From the NCBI GenBank assembly GCA_001816455.1, contig MHCB01000038.1, positions 7,965 to 71,964 on the forward strand: a stretch of DNA of 64,000 bases. Reading direction: 5' to 3'. Shown one piece after another: positions 47,101 to 54,777 of this stretch; within the stretch, counting starts at the first letter, position 1; each line of letters starts with the position of its first letter. The notes under the pieces were generated by a model. That model saw nothing but the letters and a program-made list of their open reading frames with translations. It had not been told where the DNA came from and did not search any database. Both the position numbers and the translations under genes were made by a program. The DNA is from Candidatus Blackburnbacteria bacterium RIFCSPHIGHO2_12_FULL_44_25 (lineage in GTDB: Bacteria; Patescibacteriota; Microgenomatia; UBA8517; UBA10165).

Positions 47101-48769
47101 ACGAAAGTTTCTTTTAATGCCCAATCCCCCTGTTTCCGATCAGGCACCAAGACCAGGATTAGGAAAGATCGTAGCGGATATTAGAAATAATTCTCCCGTC
47201 TTTGAGGAGCAGTGGAAGACGGATAGTTTTTTAAGATCGTTGGATGACATAGAGAAAGATCCCTTTAAGATACTTGCGCCCCCAGGAAGTTCTGATAGAG
47301 AAACTGCTGTATATAGGCTAATTGGTGATGCGGTTCGGAAGGATCCCGTTGCTCAGAAGGAGGTTCAAGAGGCGGTAAATTCTTATTATTCAAGCTATGT
47401 TGATATTTTGAAGAGAGTTGAAGCTCAGACTGAGATTCCGAACACTCCCGGAGAATATATGCTGTCTGCTGCTAATTCGTTTTCTGCGCGAGTTCAGGGA
47501 GTTGGACAGTTGATTACAGGTGGATTTAGCGCTTTGAATCCGTTCAAGAAAGCCGGAGTTAGTGTTGATCTAAAGCCAGTTCCTGTTCGGTCAATTGGGG
47601 GTTCAGAGGGAATTTCTGCTGGCAGACAGGGTGTCACGGAAGGTTTGGTGCAGGTGGTAGATGTAGGTAGTTCGCAGACGGTTTTGGGAGTGGGCACGGA
47701 AAATGTACAAGCAAAGGCGTTGTTTACTGGAGTTGATACGACTCTTCCGGTATCAAGCTATACACTGTCGCAGGCTATAAGCGAGGTGCCAGAAGACGGA
47801 GGCGTTCTAAGCGAGGAAACACTTGCAAAAAGCCTTGCGTCGAGTGTTTTGGAGCCCGAAGGATATAGAATTGGTAATAACTATGTTTTGGCAACAGGAG
47901 AAGATGGGAATGTGGTTGCGAAGATTCCTTCGGGGAGATATTCATTGCAGGCAAGGCCAGTTGATACTGTTCTTTTAACAGGGATGCCTGGGGAGTTTTA
48001 CCTTGGGCCCGGTTTGGGGGCAAAGGTATTTGTTGGGGTGTATGCCGCCGACCCGCCTGTTGGCGAGGCAGGTGGAGAGAAGGTTGTCGGTCGGGCCCAG
48101 GTGATTCCAACAAACGATGGCGAACTTACCGTTCAGTTGTACGACGACACAAACGGAAACGGCCTACGCGAAGCCGGAGAAAACACAATTAAATGGGCTG
48201 GGGTTGTTTTCACTGCTGCCCAAGAAGAAACTATCGGCGAAGTCTCGCTTCTTAACGGTTGGAATTTGGTAGGATTCTCAAATACTCCCCGAACGGTTAA
48301 AACCGCTTCCGGTTTGGTGCGTGAAGTTGTAAGGCAAGGAGGAGATGTTACTGCCATTTCAAGGTTGGTTGATGATCGTTGGGAGACGTATGTTCAACGG
48401 GGAAGCGAAACGTTTGGCAACGACTTTCCGTTGGAAGCAGGCAAAGGATATTTTGTTCGTTCGAGAGTCGCCTCAACAATTCTTCTTGGAGGAGAGCCGG
48501 TTACTAATACAAGGATAAAGCTTTCGCGCGGATGGAATGTTGTTTCTACGTCCGGGGCGGCAGAACCTATCACTGTTTCTGCATTCATTGATAAGATGGT
48601 TATGGCAAGAAGGACATCTGAGCCCGATGTTGTCTCTCGTTGGGAATCAGGGTTGTGGGATTCGTTTGTCAAAAAAGCTGGAGAGGATTATGGAAACGAC
48701 TTCCCCATTGCTCCATTTCGTGGTTACATCATAAAAGCCAAAGACGATGTTGAGTTTGAGTTTCAATAG
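38108..48769 (+). CDS. Giant (3553 aa) secreted multidomain protein: Pro-rich stalk, Cys-rich repeats, coiled coils, J-domain, PP2C phosphatase, HExxH zincin, C-terminal GWN repeats
   Basis: N-terminal signal peptide; DYYKILGV...WHPD; GQDAF/VADGV/YGDS/ASDG/DDVT; DHERVHG...EGYTD; YDDTNGNGLRE; GWNLV and GWNVV. Confidence 0.9.
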   Translation: MRVFLKKAGVIFLVFVNFISPLYPVVWITPVRASQEQSSLLAYSDDDGDGVPDEVSEEQPPEEAPVEEPQPSEDAPQPDVPQEEAPPQEAPPQESPPQEENEPVQDQPSDSPPSPPEAAPPPQEVVSAPSIPEQPSGSGTGGYFTPGDGSSPSAPTPTFCPSVGKYEGDEYQECYGPGTSRHVRISGCSWQIVQEVVSNPACPGAGTPESTQFQDTQEQNNTEENYCSGLGRYKGSTWSVCSGNPGEATAWQASAACEAVSVGSAGEPNCAGSVGSLPQDGVGSLPLPGESTQVLNPSPSISACGIEMSFQRCVLGTTTLISGVMLSTVDLETQKCTTTEQIQSTSENSTSCGYSDVSQDKIPPGSGGCCNVDDDCVAQGFEGQECLVSNGACSGAGKSCATPQAEVAAKIKSGVDGCCSDGSQCGSGEECYVGNGACRSGLSCGAERTNSGSGGCCSDFSDCASQGLKFNGCFSSFDAGLCKSGQSCRPISCSGAQFCSGGTACYDQGQCANYQAELARQRAQAALASARSQCYSSLEPGCVAILAGGDQIVIEDAGQAQSLCNTNTVTGYSCGGATAAASSANSSGLRSTSGLAVGDRVIVDGVETTITEVDGSLVKVANNPYWFGEFYAKSVSEKPAQNQSFGQIIILPDGQQAAVKSVKANGDLVLWDGKEISSSSNTAKPIVPKEAATVNTSLSCNDFFEQEYTAPTVADGETVSVSGSKYQCSLGGWTKIGNADDGTFFPDAINPGVKQLAIQVGANVHLGQDDRRAPTFLDVLPVLPGMSKAETDYEKVLRVLNELGIPPEFDPNNPISARVWTEEKKIEFAKRVGQETDRSPLATVMRSLENTPLGFVVNLVSDVNIGELSDHISGAGAILQFAQGESRDAHFSEADAIADNKYTDEEFAVLAQAMQEKGVIANTSELPNKGDLALYDRVVKEFLAKQAFGSYGLQVVGPDQVAVLRRQLETDPAKLEELKNFANFTGIVSAEESDKLTPGFMATGRVGTEKIQSYQKGTYQSAAGQAFLEEAGEAAQGVAQDLAFVAGANVAIAIAAEAGAGRIVGWGVGRVAGTEVGQAVAKFATHSILKIPSEEVLSDVTREGLDVAKREYLEAQRARVLAFGDEAVSGSESFLQKNADEARRKLEEAYRGAFGDDADKVLESAVSKLDIMAGADVSQIVREQGEEYAQKFAGQTSVSDAVVNPSVVADNAFSPADQVVAASSRQGRVVLESIPDGAAGVVDDIPTNYPGVVAEVAEVTDSIDARGGGGFVQDAQDAVGGFFGRFRRSELDPLEAVEDRIAAEAVGDVSARTVDVSPATSRFTKMTPKSIDDAVEMTEDARRFKARLDDLARRIDGVTDNTVRRQLEEEVDQTRGTLIVIRKKADEAIEEIQSFRQDDEVVSRIKAEMEQTRVIASNVGGGNVFDTLKTRFEELPLPSFLRGGSESQLAPYKFEFTPEERLRIEAAKQDLKVKREEALARSRAQVEAIKKEQIDAEARVAAETVEAQQRRQAAQLAQDEAERARLIAESEASAQRAKAAEAEARAKARTANEEQARQASREQDVAARDEEIIEAQIIAERQVADARAKEETRQQATEFLSRQRELEERANRAKSAADEAERKLRQVDNAIAARQTEIDVTIAQAFALRDQYQIVKDLESDLLDSIPEQAHKILVSADYYKILGVSPSATTDEINRAYRSLSKKWHPDVSSQDLEAATLAFKKLTYAKDVLTDTIPIQGATGVYVRRNYYDAASHDAIRQQILAKDPSNFSDAVAYINRQQAKMSEAARAVEQANQRAQQAVRAAEPLNSRIEELQRAREQYLQSAEQHTRTVQAAEQDLQTAAREVMQGQPLTPTQVAYRELNDAGQEYTEKLAEVRTLREERKVAASGGVAGLDFADATSRLDAAEVELKQAAERVKAAQLAYQDSVQSPVERAGGAISDFFDQVTSFFGRGRSASQVADATEVVADVGRVAGPSLRFVQPTAQQVVPASPGLKVGSGVNVSSSGQDAFATGISSAAVADGVSTGGTPSQVVELAQLAANALVERLDAAASRFTDPVLAKQYLENSVTEFAQFVVRQNFELGAARGLYGPEALKQASTTLVGGTVVNGKLLAVSYGDSYIYILRDGKLIKVNEQVKEYLGYNEPNLVSVIIHDLQIGDRVIFASDGFVSFISDNARGKIVKAAGSTNDPQVFALRAQEILRDYYREKGVGDDVTIGSLFYGDLDVKPGLLDGLFDRVPAARSFYISKTDVQASTLSIHARNSAGDIVETRLSVEEVIHRGASSLGDKFTDGAKKQVLLELRGKGVPQSTLDEISRELKRIKKPEDVRSKLVKFTGIPVLGEPTAVSGGVFKSLGLTFPWSEKKFVVEKLEGDQGFAGIRVTARDANGVERKIIIDPSNVDGSYQYPANGFDYKLDELRELGVDERTIQQIDKQLERMAKKSVFDKTPVGQVGGSPFAPANDVAQQTDDVCKVLGASTDSVLGTSTTGGCQKPSLFDLLNPFNKIQPASKIDDVVTVVTSPEETKAIASRLIKTEESTVKMGDFSLSTIKGDDPTNDGLIFYLKPGQNLPKNVVITDKSGNVVDLGKRDTPLLFSDVRKIEIDGTDYSLAHDIWQNPMLFEIRGSSKDAKFDEVIGDITEIWDTAIKSPRRMDAVLAKNFTGEEISAMKKITDFYAQDPNIGGLTAPYDLDTVVELPDDKLAEYLNRTLPFRQVRESDISVFTGLISALKEGRAFTEKEADMFSALEFRHVVATRNVYRGLDEVYITEFNRQFALANMAEAVLSTRLVSKKPFKEHAKHYGDFVELMQSRGVEVPEWVTPFNSDDFRYGIKTDGTKANAAGQYFVSRLEDFDSMAQVLDHERVHGLSKVAYNRNVEFKIRNKLDVEYDRGFASDEGYTDALAYLIKSGGDVDKAIAENAKSTSSYRLASDEILRVAKEVGAASGDEMLGVELLFRGITDRANSSVNRSLVPIQRYYDEKVADSGAKFEERMARFSDKRKFLLMPNPPVSDQAPRPGLGKIVADIRNNSPVFEEQWKTDSFLRSLDDIEKDPFKILAPPGSSDRETAVYRLIGDAVRKDPVAQKEVQEAVNSYYSSYVDILKRVEAQTEIPNTPGEYMLSAANSFSARVQGVGQLITGGFSALNPFKKAGVSVDLKPVPVRSIGGSEGISAGRQGVTEGLVQVVDVGSSQTVLGVGTENVQAKALFTGVDTTLPVSSYTLSQAISEVPEDGGVLSEETLAKSLASSVLEPEGYRIGNNYVLATGEDGNVVAKIPSGRYSLQARPVDTVLLTGMPGEFYLGPGLGAKVFVGVYAADPPVGEAGGEKVVGRAQVIPTNDGELTVQLYDDTNGNGLREAGENTIKWAGVVFTAAQEETIGEVSLLNGWNLVGFSNTPRTVKTASGLVREVVRQGGDVTAISRLVDDRWETYVQRGSETFGNDFPLEAGKGYFVRSRVASTILLGGEPVTNTRIKLSRGWNVVSTSGAAEPITVSAFIDKMVMARRTSEPDVVSRWESGLWDSFVKKAGEDYGNDFPIAPFRGYIIKAKDDVEFEFQ

Positions 48770-48778
48770 AAAACTGCC

Positions 48779-49984
48779 ATGAACAAGAGAAAAGTAATTA
48801 CGATATTGTCAACTGTTTTGTTGCTAGTTGCTTTGCCTGTTAGCGTTTTTCTGGTTGGTAAACAACAAAATCTCTTCTTGAAAGCTTCGCCGGAGGAAGT
48901 TCCTAAAGAAATTAAGATAGCAAATATCTCAGACAACTCTTTTTCTGTTTCCTGGATTACGGGAAAGTCTGTAATCGGTTTTCTTGTATACGGGAAATCT
49001 GAGGGGTTGGGGTTTACTGCTTCTGACGATCGAGATACGGCGTCGAAAGTTTCGCGGACAACGCACCACATTACTGTTAAAAATTTGGAACCTGGAACCC
49101 GCTACTTTTTTAAGATGGGATCCGGAGGCAGTGCATATGACAATAGTGGAACTTCGTATGTTGTCACAACTGCTCCGACAACAAATGATCCTCCTCCTCT
49201 TGCGGACCCAGCGTATGGTAAGGTTTTGGGGGCAACGGGGGGGTCTTTGGCTGATGCTTTGGTGTATTTGACTTTAGAGGGAGGAACTCCTCTTTCTACT
49301 TACACGCGGGAGGCTGGAAATTGGCTTATTACTTTGAATAACGCAAGAACTGCTGATTTGTCCCGGTTTATTAAATACTCTGGGACTGGTGTGCGTATGT
49401 CTATATATGTTCAAGCAGCAGACAAAGGGATTGCCCAGGCTTCTGCTGATACGCAAAACGATAGTCCTGTTCCTAATATAAAGATAGGTCAAAATCTTGC
49501 TTTTGCTGCGGTTGGGGTGACACCGACTGTACTTCCTACTCCAACAGGCTCTCTGAAAGCCTCTGAGTTTAGCTTGCAAGAGGTGGAACCTGCAACTAAA
49601 TCTGCTGTTGCCCTGGAGGTCCTTGCTCCCAATAAGGATGAAAAGTTGCCCTCTACCAGGCCTACGTTTTCCGGAACTGGAAAACCCGGAGAGGTTATTA
49701 CGATTACTATTCACAGCGCGCAAGTTATTACTGCCCAAGTGACTGCTGGTTCGGATGGTCAGTGGAGCTACACTCCCAACCAGGACCTGTCACCCGGGCA
49801 GCATAGTGTGACTATTGCGCAAGGGGGCAGTTCTGACAGCCAGCAGTTCGTCGTTTTAGGTGCGAAGACGACCACGGCTTCTGCGTCTTCTTTGCCTGTT
49901 AGCGGTGCGGTTAGTAATTTATTGTACTTTGTACTAGTTGGTGTGTTCTTGCTTGTTGGGGGAATAGTTTTTGCTTTGGTGTAG
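48779..49984 (+). CDS. FN3 plus bacterial Ig domain surface protein with LPxSG-TM C-terminus
   Basis: ANISDNSFSVSWIT, THHITVKNL, RPTFSGTGKPG and DGQWSYTP; LPVSG followed by a hydrophobic tail. Confidence 0.88.
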   Translation: MNKRKVITILSTVLLLVALPVSVFLVGKQQNLFLKASPEEVPKEIKIANISDNSFSVSWITGKSVIGFLVYGKSEGLGFTASDDRDTASKVSRTTHHITVKNLEPGTRYFFKMGSGGSAYDNSGTSYVVTTAPTTNDPPPLADPAYGKVLGATGGSLADALVYLTLEGGTPLSTYTREAGNWLITLNNARTADLSRFIKYSGTGVRMSIYVQAADKGIAQASADTQNDSPVPNIKIGQNLAFAAVGVTPTVLPTPTGSLKASEFSLQEVEPATKSAVALEVLAPNKDEKLPSTRPTFSGTGKPGEVITITIHSAQVITAQVTAGSDGQWSYTPNQDLSPGQHSVTIAQGGSSDSQQFVVLGAKTTTASASSLPVSGAVSNLLYFVLVGVFLLVGGIVFALV

Positions 49985-49986
49985 TG

Positions 49987-50058
49987 CGCTCCCACCAGGA
50001 ATCGAACCTGGAATTACTCCTTAGAAGGGAGTTGGTATATCCGTTTACCTATGGGAGC
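49987..50058 (-). tRNA. tRNA-Arg(TCT)
   Basis: GCTCCCATAGGTAAACGGATATACC; loop CTTCTAA; GGTTCGATTCC. Confidence 0.9.
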
Positions 50059-50099
50059 CTGGGGTTGATTATACCGTATAAATCGATTGTTTTGAAGGA

Positions 50100-50468
50100 T
50101 TAGGAGGCTAGGCTGCTGTTTTCTACTATTTCATCTCCGAGGGCTTTAACGCTTTCTTGAACATGGTGAACGTCTACAAATAGAGCACTAAGCTGGCCCG
50201 TATGTTTTTCAAGTATACTGGTGTGTTTTGTGAGTATACCCGTGTGTTTTGTGAGAAGTGAAGTGTGGCTTTTGAGTGTCTTTGTGTGCTGATCTAATTT
50301 GTCGTTCATTACTGATTGTTGTTCGCGTACAAACCGAATGCTCGTGGATGTTGAGTTTGCAGTCAGTTCAATCCAGTCCAACTTCTTTTTCATAAGCTCG
50401 ACTAATTCTTTGATTGATTTTAGTGTTGTGGCGGTTTTGTCAGTTATTTTATTGATCTTTGTTGCCAT
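50100..50468 (-). CDS. Coiled-coil protein with LxxHTxx heptad repeats
   Basis: LDQHTKT LKSHTSL LTKHTGI LTKHTSI LEKHTGQ. Confidence 0.75.
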   Translation of the reverse strand: MATKINKITDKTATTLKSIKELVELMKKKLDWIELTANSTSTSIRFVREQQSVMNDKLDQHTKTLKSHTSLLTKHTGILTKHTSILEKHTGQLSALFVDVHHVQESVKALGDEIVENSSLAS

Positions 50469-50530
50469 AAGTCATCTTACACGAGCCCCTTTGGTTTGCA
50501 AGAATACGTTTTATATCAAAACTGGGCAGA

Positions 50531-52012
50531 TTATTTTACAAAACCAAACATGGGGTCTGTGAGGTTGGGGTTTTCTCCCGAGCAATTTTTTTCCATCTCT
50601 TCCCTACCCTCTACTTTTCCCGGAGGAATGACTTTTATTTGTCCGAATTGGCGTGTGTTTTCCCCGTCTGCTAGTTCATTTGGTAGAACTATTGAATAGA
50701 CTGGGCCGCCGTCTTTTGGTTGATTGACGTGCAGTTTGTTTAACCAAAAGAAATATCGGAAACCTACATTTTCTCCTGGGGAAGTTATATAAGAAACTGC
50801 GACACAGGGATAACCTTTTTCTCTTGAGTCGCGCGTAATATATTCTGCCAGAGACTTCCTTTCGTTATATCCTTTTTGGTAAACCTTTTCGTTTAGATGG
50901 AAGTTGAGATTTTTGATGAGGACAAGAGACAGAATACTTAATACTAAAAACTTTCCAATACTGCTTCCTTTGTAGAGTAGGTAGAGTAAGAGAGTTGCAA
51001 AGGTGATAAAAACTATTTCTATACTTGCAAAGTAATACTCGGAAAGTTCGCTTGAGGAGAAAGCGAAAAATAGGATTACACCGAGTGTCCACGTATACAT
51101 AAGAGCAAGCTCTTTTCCTTTTAGGAGCTTTGTCTTTACAAGAAGTATTCCGGAGGCAAAAATTGCTAGAACTAAGAGTTTGTTGTTTCCTGGAACGCTT
51201 TGAGGGTAAAAGAATAAACGGGTGATGTTGTGGGTTATCTTAAGGAAAACATGGTTTAGTTTTCCCAAACCTCCGGGCTCTGCGTTGTGTGCGCTGGTAA
51301 AGTTTTGGATAAGACTTTGGGATTGGGAGAAACCATGTCTTACTTCGAACATAAAAAGTGGTAAAGAGGAGATGGCGAGAGTCGTAATGAAGAGTAGAAT
51401 ATCTTTTTTGGGTGGAAGTTTCTTGGCAAAAAGTAGCGCTGTAGGAATTGCAATTAGTGCTGGGAGAAGAGCGATATGAATGTGCCAAATGAGACCAATT
51501 AGGAGTCCCAGAATCCACAGCACATTGAACTTCCCGCGAGACACCATAACTACACAATAGAAATACCAGATAAGCCAAAGGTTTGTTGGTGTTGAGGGGA
51601 CGATTCTTTGATCAAAATAAACAGAAGCCAGGAGTACTGCTTGTAGAAAAGCGCCGATAAACCCTGTCGTTTTGTTGAACAGTTTTGAGAAAACAAAATA
51701 ATAACTGGCAATGGTGATCATTCCGATTAGTATTACGGGAATTACTGCCCCGATTGGATCCATGTTAAACAATAGAAAGAACGGTATTAGGCTGTAGTAG
51801 AAAAGTGGGCCGATAAAAATGCCGGGGGCCGTTGTGAGTTGCCCGATGAGACGCAGGTGTTTATCAACAACAATGTCTTTTACGATCCAAGAGAAGAGGT
51901 CGCCGTCGTGGGCAAATTCGTATCTATCAACAATGTCGTATGTTCGGAGAAAGAGACCAATTGCAAGGATTACGACTAGGACCCAATGTTTTTTAAGGAA
52001 GGAAAAAATCAT
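50531..52012 (-). CDS. GT-C (ArnT/PMT-like) membrane glycosyltransferase
   Basis: LFLR...FAHDGD, GPLFYY and many TM helices. Confidence 0.85.
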   Translation of the reverse strand: MIFSFLKKHWVLVVILAIGLFLRTYDIVDRYEFAHDGDLFSWIVKDIVVDKHLRLIGQLTTAPGIFIGPLFYYSLIPFFLLFNMDPIGAVIPVILIGMITIASYYFVFSKLFNKTTGFIGAFLQAVLLASVYFDQRIVPSTPTNLWLIWYFYCVVMVSRGKFNVLWILGLLIGLIWHIHIALLPALIAIPTALLFAKKLPPKKDILLFITTLAISSLPLFMFEVRHGFSQSQSLIQNFTSAHNAEPGGLGKLNHVFLKITHNITRLFFYPQSVPGNNKLLVLAIFASGILLVKTKLLKGKELALMYTWTLGVILFFAFSSSELSEYYFASIEIVFITFATLLLYLLYKGSSIGKFLVLSILSLVLIKNLNFHLNEKVYQKGYNERKSLAEYITRDSREKGYPCVAVSYITSPGENVGFRYFFWLNKLHVNQPKDGGPVYSIVLPNELADGENTRQFGQIKVIPPGKVEGREEMEKNCSGENPNLTDPMFGFVK

Positions 52013-52221
52013 TTAGTGTGGAATTTAATAAATAAAAGATCTATTAGGAGAAGAGAAACAATGAGTGCATATTGGGCCCAGCGATAGGCTTTTTCTGGTT
52101 TCATTTTGAAAACTCCACGAGTTTCGTCGTGGCCGTATTTGTCTAAACTGTGGTGTACATCCATATGCCAAAGTGCACCCATAAATAGTATGTTTAGAGT
52201 AAAGAGAAGAAAGAGTTCCAC
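52009..52221 (-). CDS. Small membrane protein
   Basis: Two hydrophobic helices; overlaps the glycosyltransferase start by 4 nt. Confidence 0.55.
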   Translation of the reverse strand: MELFLLFTLNILFMGALWHMDVHHSLDKYGHDETRGVFKMKPEKAYRWAQYALIVSLLLIDLLFIKFHTK

Positions 52222-52253
52222 TTGCTAAGTATAGATTATTTTTTTAGTAGAAG

Positions 52254-52484
52254 TTAAGCGTGTTGGCTTTGTGGATGGATTTTTTCAAGACCGGTAATCC
52301 TGTCTTCATGGCCTTTTGTCTGGTGAGCGACAACGGTTAACTCTTGCTCGATCTTTTGGAGTCGTCCGACTACCTCATCCATTTTGGTAAAGAATTCATC
52401 TTTCGTTGGGAGATGTTTTATTTCTTCTCTTACGACCTCTTTTACAAGTTGTTCTACTTCATTGAAATCCGCTTGAGTCAGCAT
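52254..52484 (-). CDS. Small coiled-coil hypothetical protein
   Basis: MLTQADF...HLPTKDEFFTKMD...HEDRITGLEKIH. Confidence 0.75.
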   Translation of the reverse strand: MLTQADFNEVEQLVKEVVREEIKHLPTKDEFFTKMDEVVGRLQKIEQELTVVAHQTKGHEDRITGLEKIHPQSQHA

Positions 52485-52522
52485 GTATTCATTGGAACAT
52501 TTGATTGTAAGGAAATCAACGG

Positions 52523-52840
52523 CTAATAAATCATTGCTCCTATTGCAATTGATGAGTTTATAAAGAGCCAGATGGCGCTTGAAAAGAATATAACGCGGTC
52601 TTTGTGAACTACTCCGTAGGCAATCCAAACTATGTTAAGAACTGCGTATGTTGTCCAGGAGATTGTAGATACTCCGCCTGCCTGTTTTTCGATCCAGATT
52701 GTATAGATTTGTGGCAGAGTCATTATGGGGCCAATGGCTGCAGCCATGTATACGACTCTATCCAGGATTCGATAACCTCTTTTGGGGTTTGGAGTTTCTC
52801 CCGCTCTTTTTCGTTTTTGGAGGTGGTGAAGTCCGAGCAT
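52523..52840 (-). CDS. SemiSWEET/PQ-loop family transporter
   Basis: TLPQIYTIW, GVS..SW and WIAYG; three TM helices. Confidence 0.8.
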   Translation of the reverse strand: MLGLHHLQKRKRAGETPNPKRGYRILDRVVYMAAAIGPIMTLPQIYTIWIEKQAGGVSTISWTTYAVLNIVWIAYGVVHKDRVIFFSSAIWLFINSSIAIGAMIY

Positions 52841-52940
52841 TAATCATTAGTATATTACAGAGAATGTGGAATGACTATTCTCTGGGGTTGTGTTATATTT
52901 CGGATGTTCGGAGCGAACGCACAAAATCTAAGTCTGGAAG

Positions 52941-53534
52941 TTGGTTGTGAAAGACAGCGATGTAAGGTTTGTGTTTGTTGGGTTGCCACAAGATGCGAGG
53001 AAGTTGGCCAGACTTGTGGAGGTAATACCGGACGGTTGGTCAGGTCTTACTGGTCGTTTGGATATTATTCCGGAGATGGCGTTGGTTGCTGTGCCGGGTG
53101 TTGGATACCGGTTCAAGGGTATTTCCGGACTTGAGTGCGATGTGGTGGGTGCTCGAGAAGGTGGCTACCGAGTCGAGCCCGATTACATGAGGCTTGTTTC
53201 GGGGAGGGATCCCGTCTCGTTTGTCGAGTTCTATCTTCATAACCCGTATGCGGCGTGTAGGGTTGTGGATCGGGCGCGTGCTGTTGCCGCCGCAGTAGTA
53301 GAGTCCGGCTATCGTGGCGAGCTGTCTTTTCGTCTGGATGATAACAGGCAGAACACAAAGGCCGTGGTTCACTTTTTCTTGAACCCGCCTGAAGGCCGAG
53401 TCCCCCATATCATTGTTCGGTTGATCGACCGAAGCGTTGACGGTCTGTTACCGGAAGATGAGGAGTGCATCATGCCATTTGTCGATGCCTGCCGAGCGCA
53501 AGGTTTGCAGGAGCAGGTACTCGTTCCTGCTTGA
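52941..53534 (+). CDS. Hypothetical protein
   Basis: Longest ORF in the gap, followed by a hairpin. Confidence 0.65.
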   Translation: MVVKDSDVRFVFVGLPQDARKLARLVEVIPDGWSGLTGRLDIIPEMALVAVPGVGYRFKGISGLECDVVGAREGGYRVEPDYMRLVSGRDPVSFVEFYLHNPYAACRVVDRARAVAAAVVESGYRGELSFRLDDNRQNTKAVVHFFLNPPEGRVPHIIVRLIDRSVDGLLPEDEECIMPFVDACRAQGLQEQVLVPA

Positions 53535-53611
53535 TCGCGCATTTCCTGCCATGGGTGGCTTTTTTTAAGACTTTGTCTTGAGAAAGCCACCCGAGCATTT
53601 AAATTAAGACA

Positions 53612-53791
53612 TTATTTCCTGTCGATTCGAAATGAATATACGCCTTTTGACTTAGGTTCTAGAAGTTCTGTGTGAAGAGACGGGTGACGAGGATTTTTCT
53701 GGAAGATTTTAATTTGCTTATTAAATTTTTTGATTAGTCCACGACGCTTAATAAAAAGCTTATGCTTATCGCTTAAGGGTTTTATTGGCAT
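53612..53791 (-). pseudogene. RelE/YoeB-like toxin, apparently C-terminally truncated
   Basis: NPRHPSLHTELL...YSFRIDRK then stop. The family normally continues with YR plus a beta strand. Confidence 0.6.
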
Positions 53792-54056
53792 ATGTGGATG
53801 ATTCTGAAAGTCCACTAATCAAACTATCTATAAACTTTTTATTATATTTTCCAGTTCTTTCAAATGCAGTCCTTATTTCACTTAAAGGCTCTGCTTGAAA
53901 CTCATGGAACACCAATCCTTCGTTGGCTTTTCCTGTGAAATATCTTCTTAGTAAGCTTCTGATGAATTCTGAGCGGGTAGCAAAGCCCTGCTTCTTTGCT
54001 TCTGAATCTACTCTCTTGGCTATTTGGCTGGGTAAGGAAATGGTGATTGTGCTCAT
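53766..54056 (-). CDS. CopG/RHH antitoxin
   Basis: TITISLP...TRSEFIRSLLRRY; overlaps the toxin start. Confidence 0.85.
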   Translation of the reverse strand: MSTITISLPSQIAKRVDSEAKKQGFATRSEFIRSLLRRYFTGKANEGLVFHEFQAEPLSEIRTAFERTGKYNKKFIDSLISGLSESSTYANKTLKR

Positions 54057-54260
54057 CCTACTTAATATTTAACAATGTTTCTTAATTTTTGTCAAGGCTA
54101 TTGATTAAAGTTTGTGACTTCTTGAACTTTGTTCTCAAGAGTATTGAATACTCTTTTTAAATCAGATCCTTTTGCTTGTACTGTTTTTGTTGGGAGAACA
54201 ACTTATATTCGACTTGGTTGGTGTCAAGAAGACTGATTAGTTTCTAGTATAAGCCGCAAG

Positions 54261-54659
54261 TTATTCTTTCCTCAGGAGGGAGAATTCGAGGATCATTCCG
54301 TCGGGGTCTTCGCAGTAGATTGCGGTTCCTCCGTAGCCGTTATCGGTTATTCCCCCGTCTTCCATTTCTATCCCCTGCTCTTTGAGGCGTGCTTCAATTT
54401 CTTTAAGATTTTCCATTCCTTCTACTCCAAAAGCCCAGTGGTCTAGCCCAATATCTCCGCGACGGTTGAATTTTGCTGCGGCTTCATTGTTTTCAGGAGC
54501 AACAAGCCAAAGGGAGTCAAGACCTGCTCCTGTTAGACCGGCTGCGCCATGTTCTTCCATGAAAACTTCCATTTGGCAGGCTTTAACGTAAAAATCCTTT
54601 GACTTTTCTACGTCTGAAACTTTCAGGACAATATGGTGTACGCCGGTGGTTTTAATCAC
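54261..54659 (-). CDS. VOC/glyoxalase family protein
   Basis: HHIVLKVSDVEKSKDFY, GLDHWAF and DPDGMILE. Confidence 0.9.
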   Translation of the reverse strand: MIKTTGVHHIVLKVSDVEKSKDFYVKACQMEVFMEEHGAAGLTGAGLDSLWLVAPENNEAAAKFNRRGDIGLDHWAFGVEGMENLKEIEARLKEQGIEMEDGGITDNGYGGTAIYCEDPDGMILEFSLLRKE

Positions 54660-54777
54660 ACTCTATTCTTAGGGTTTTGTTTGGGTTTTGTCAAGTGGGG
54701 TAGCAGGAGTAGGCGGGAGACGTAAATTGATGGGAGTTTATTTGGGAAAAATGTCCTTTGGGGTGGTATAATGGGGT

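Noticed and set aside
38190-48734. Many short antisense or alternate-frame ORFs inside the giant gene (and other long genes)
   Set aside because: These are shadow ORFs of a long coding frame with no motifs or RBS support.
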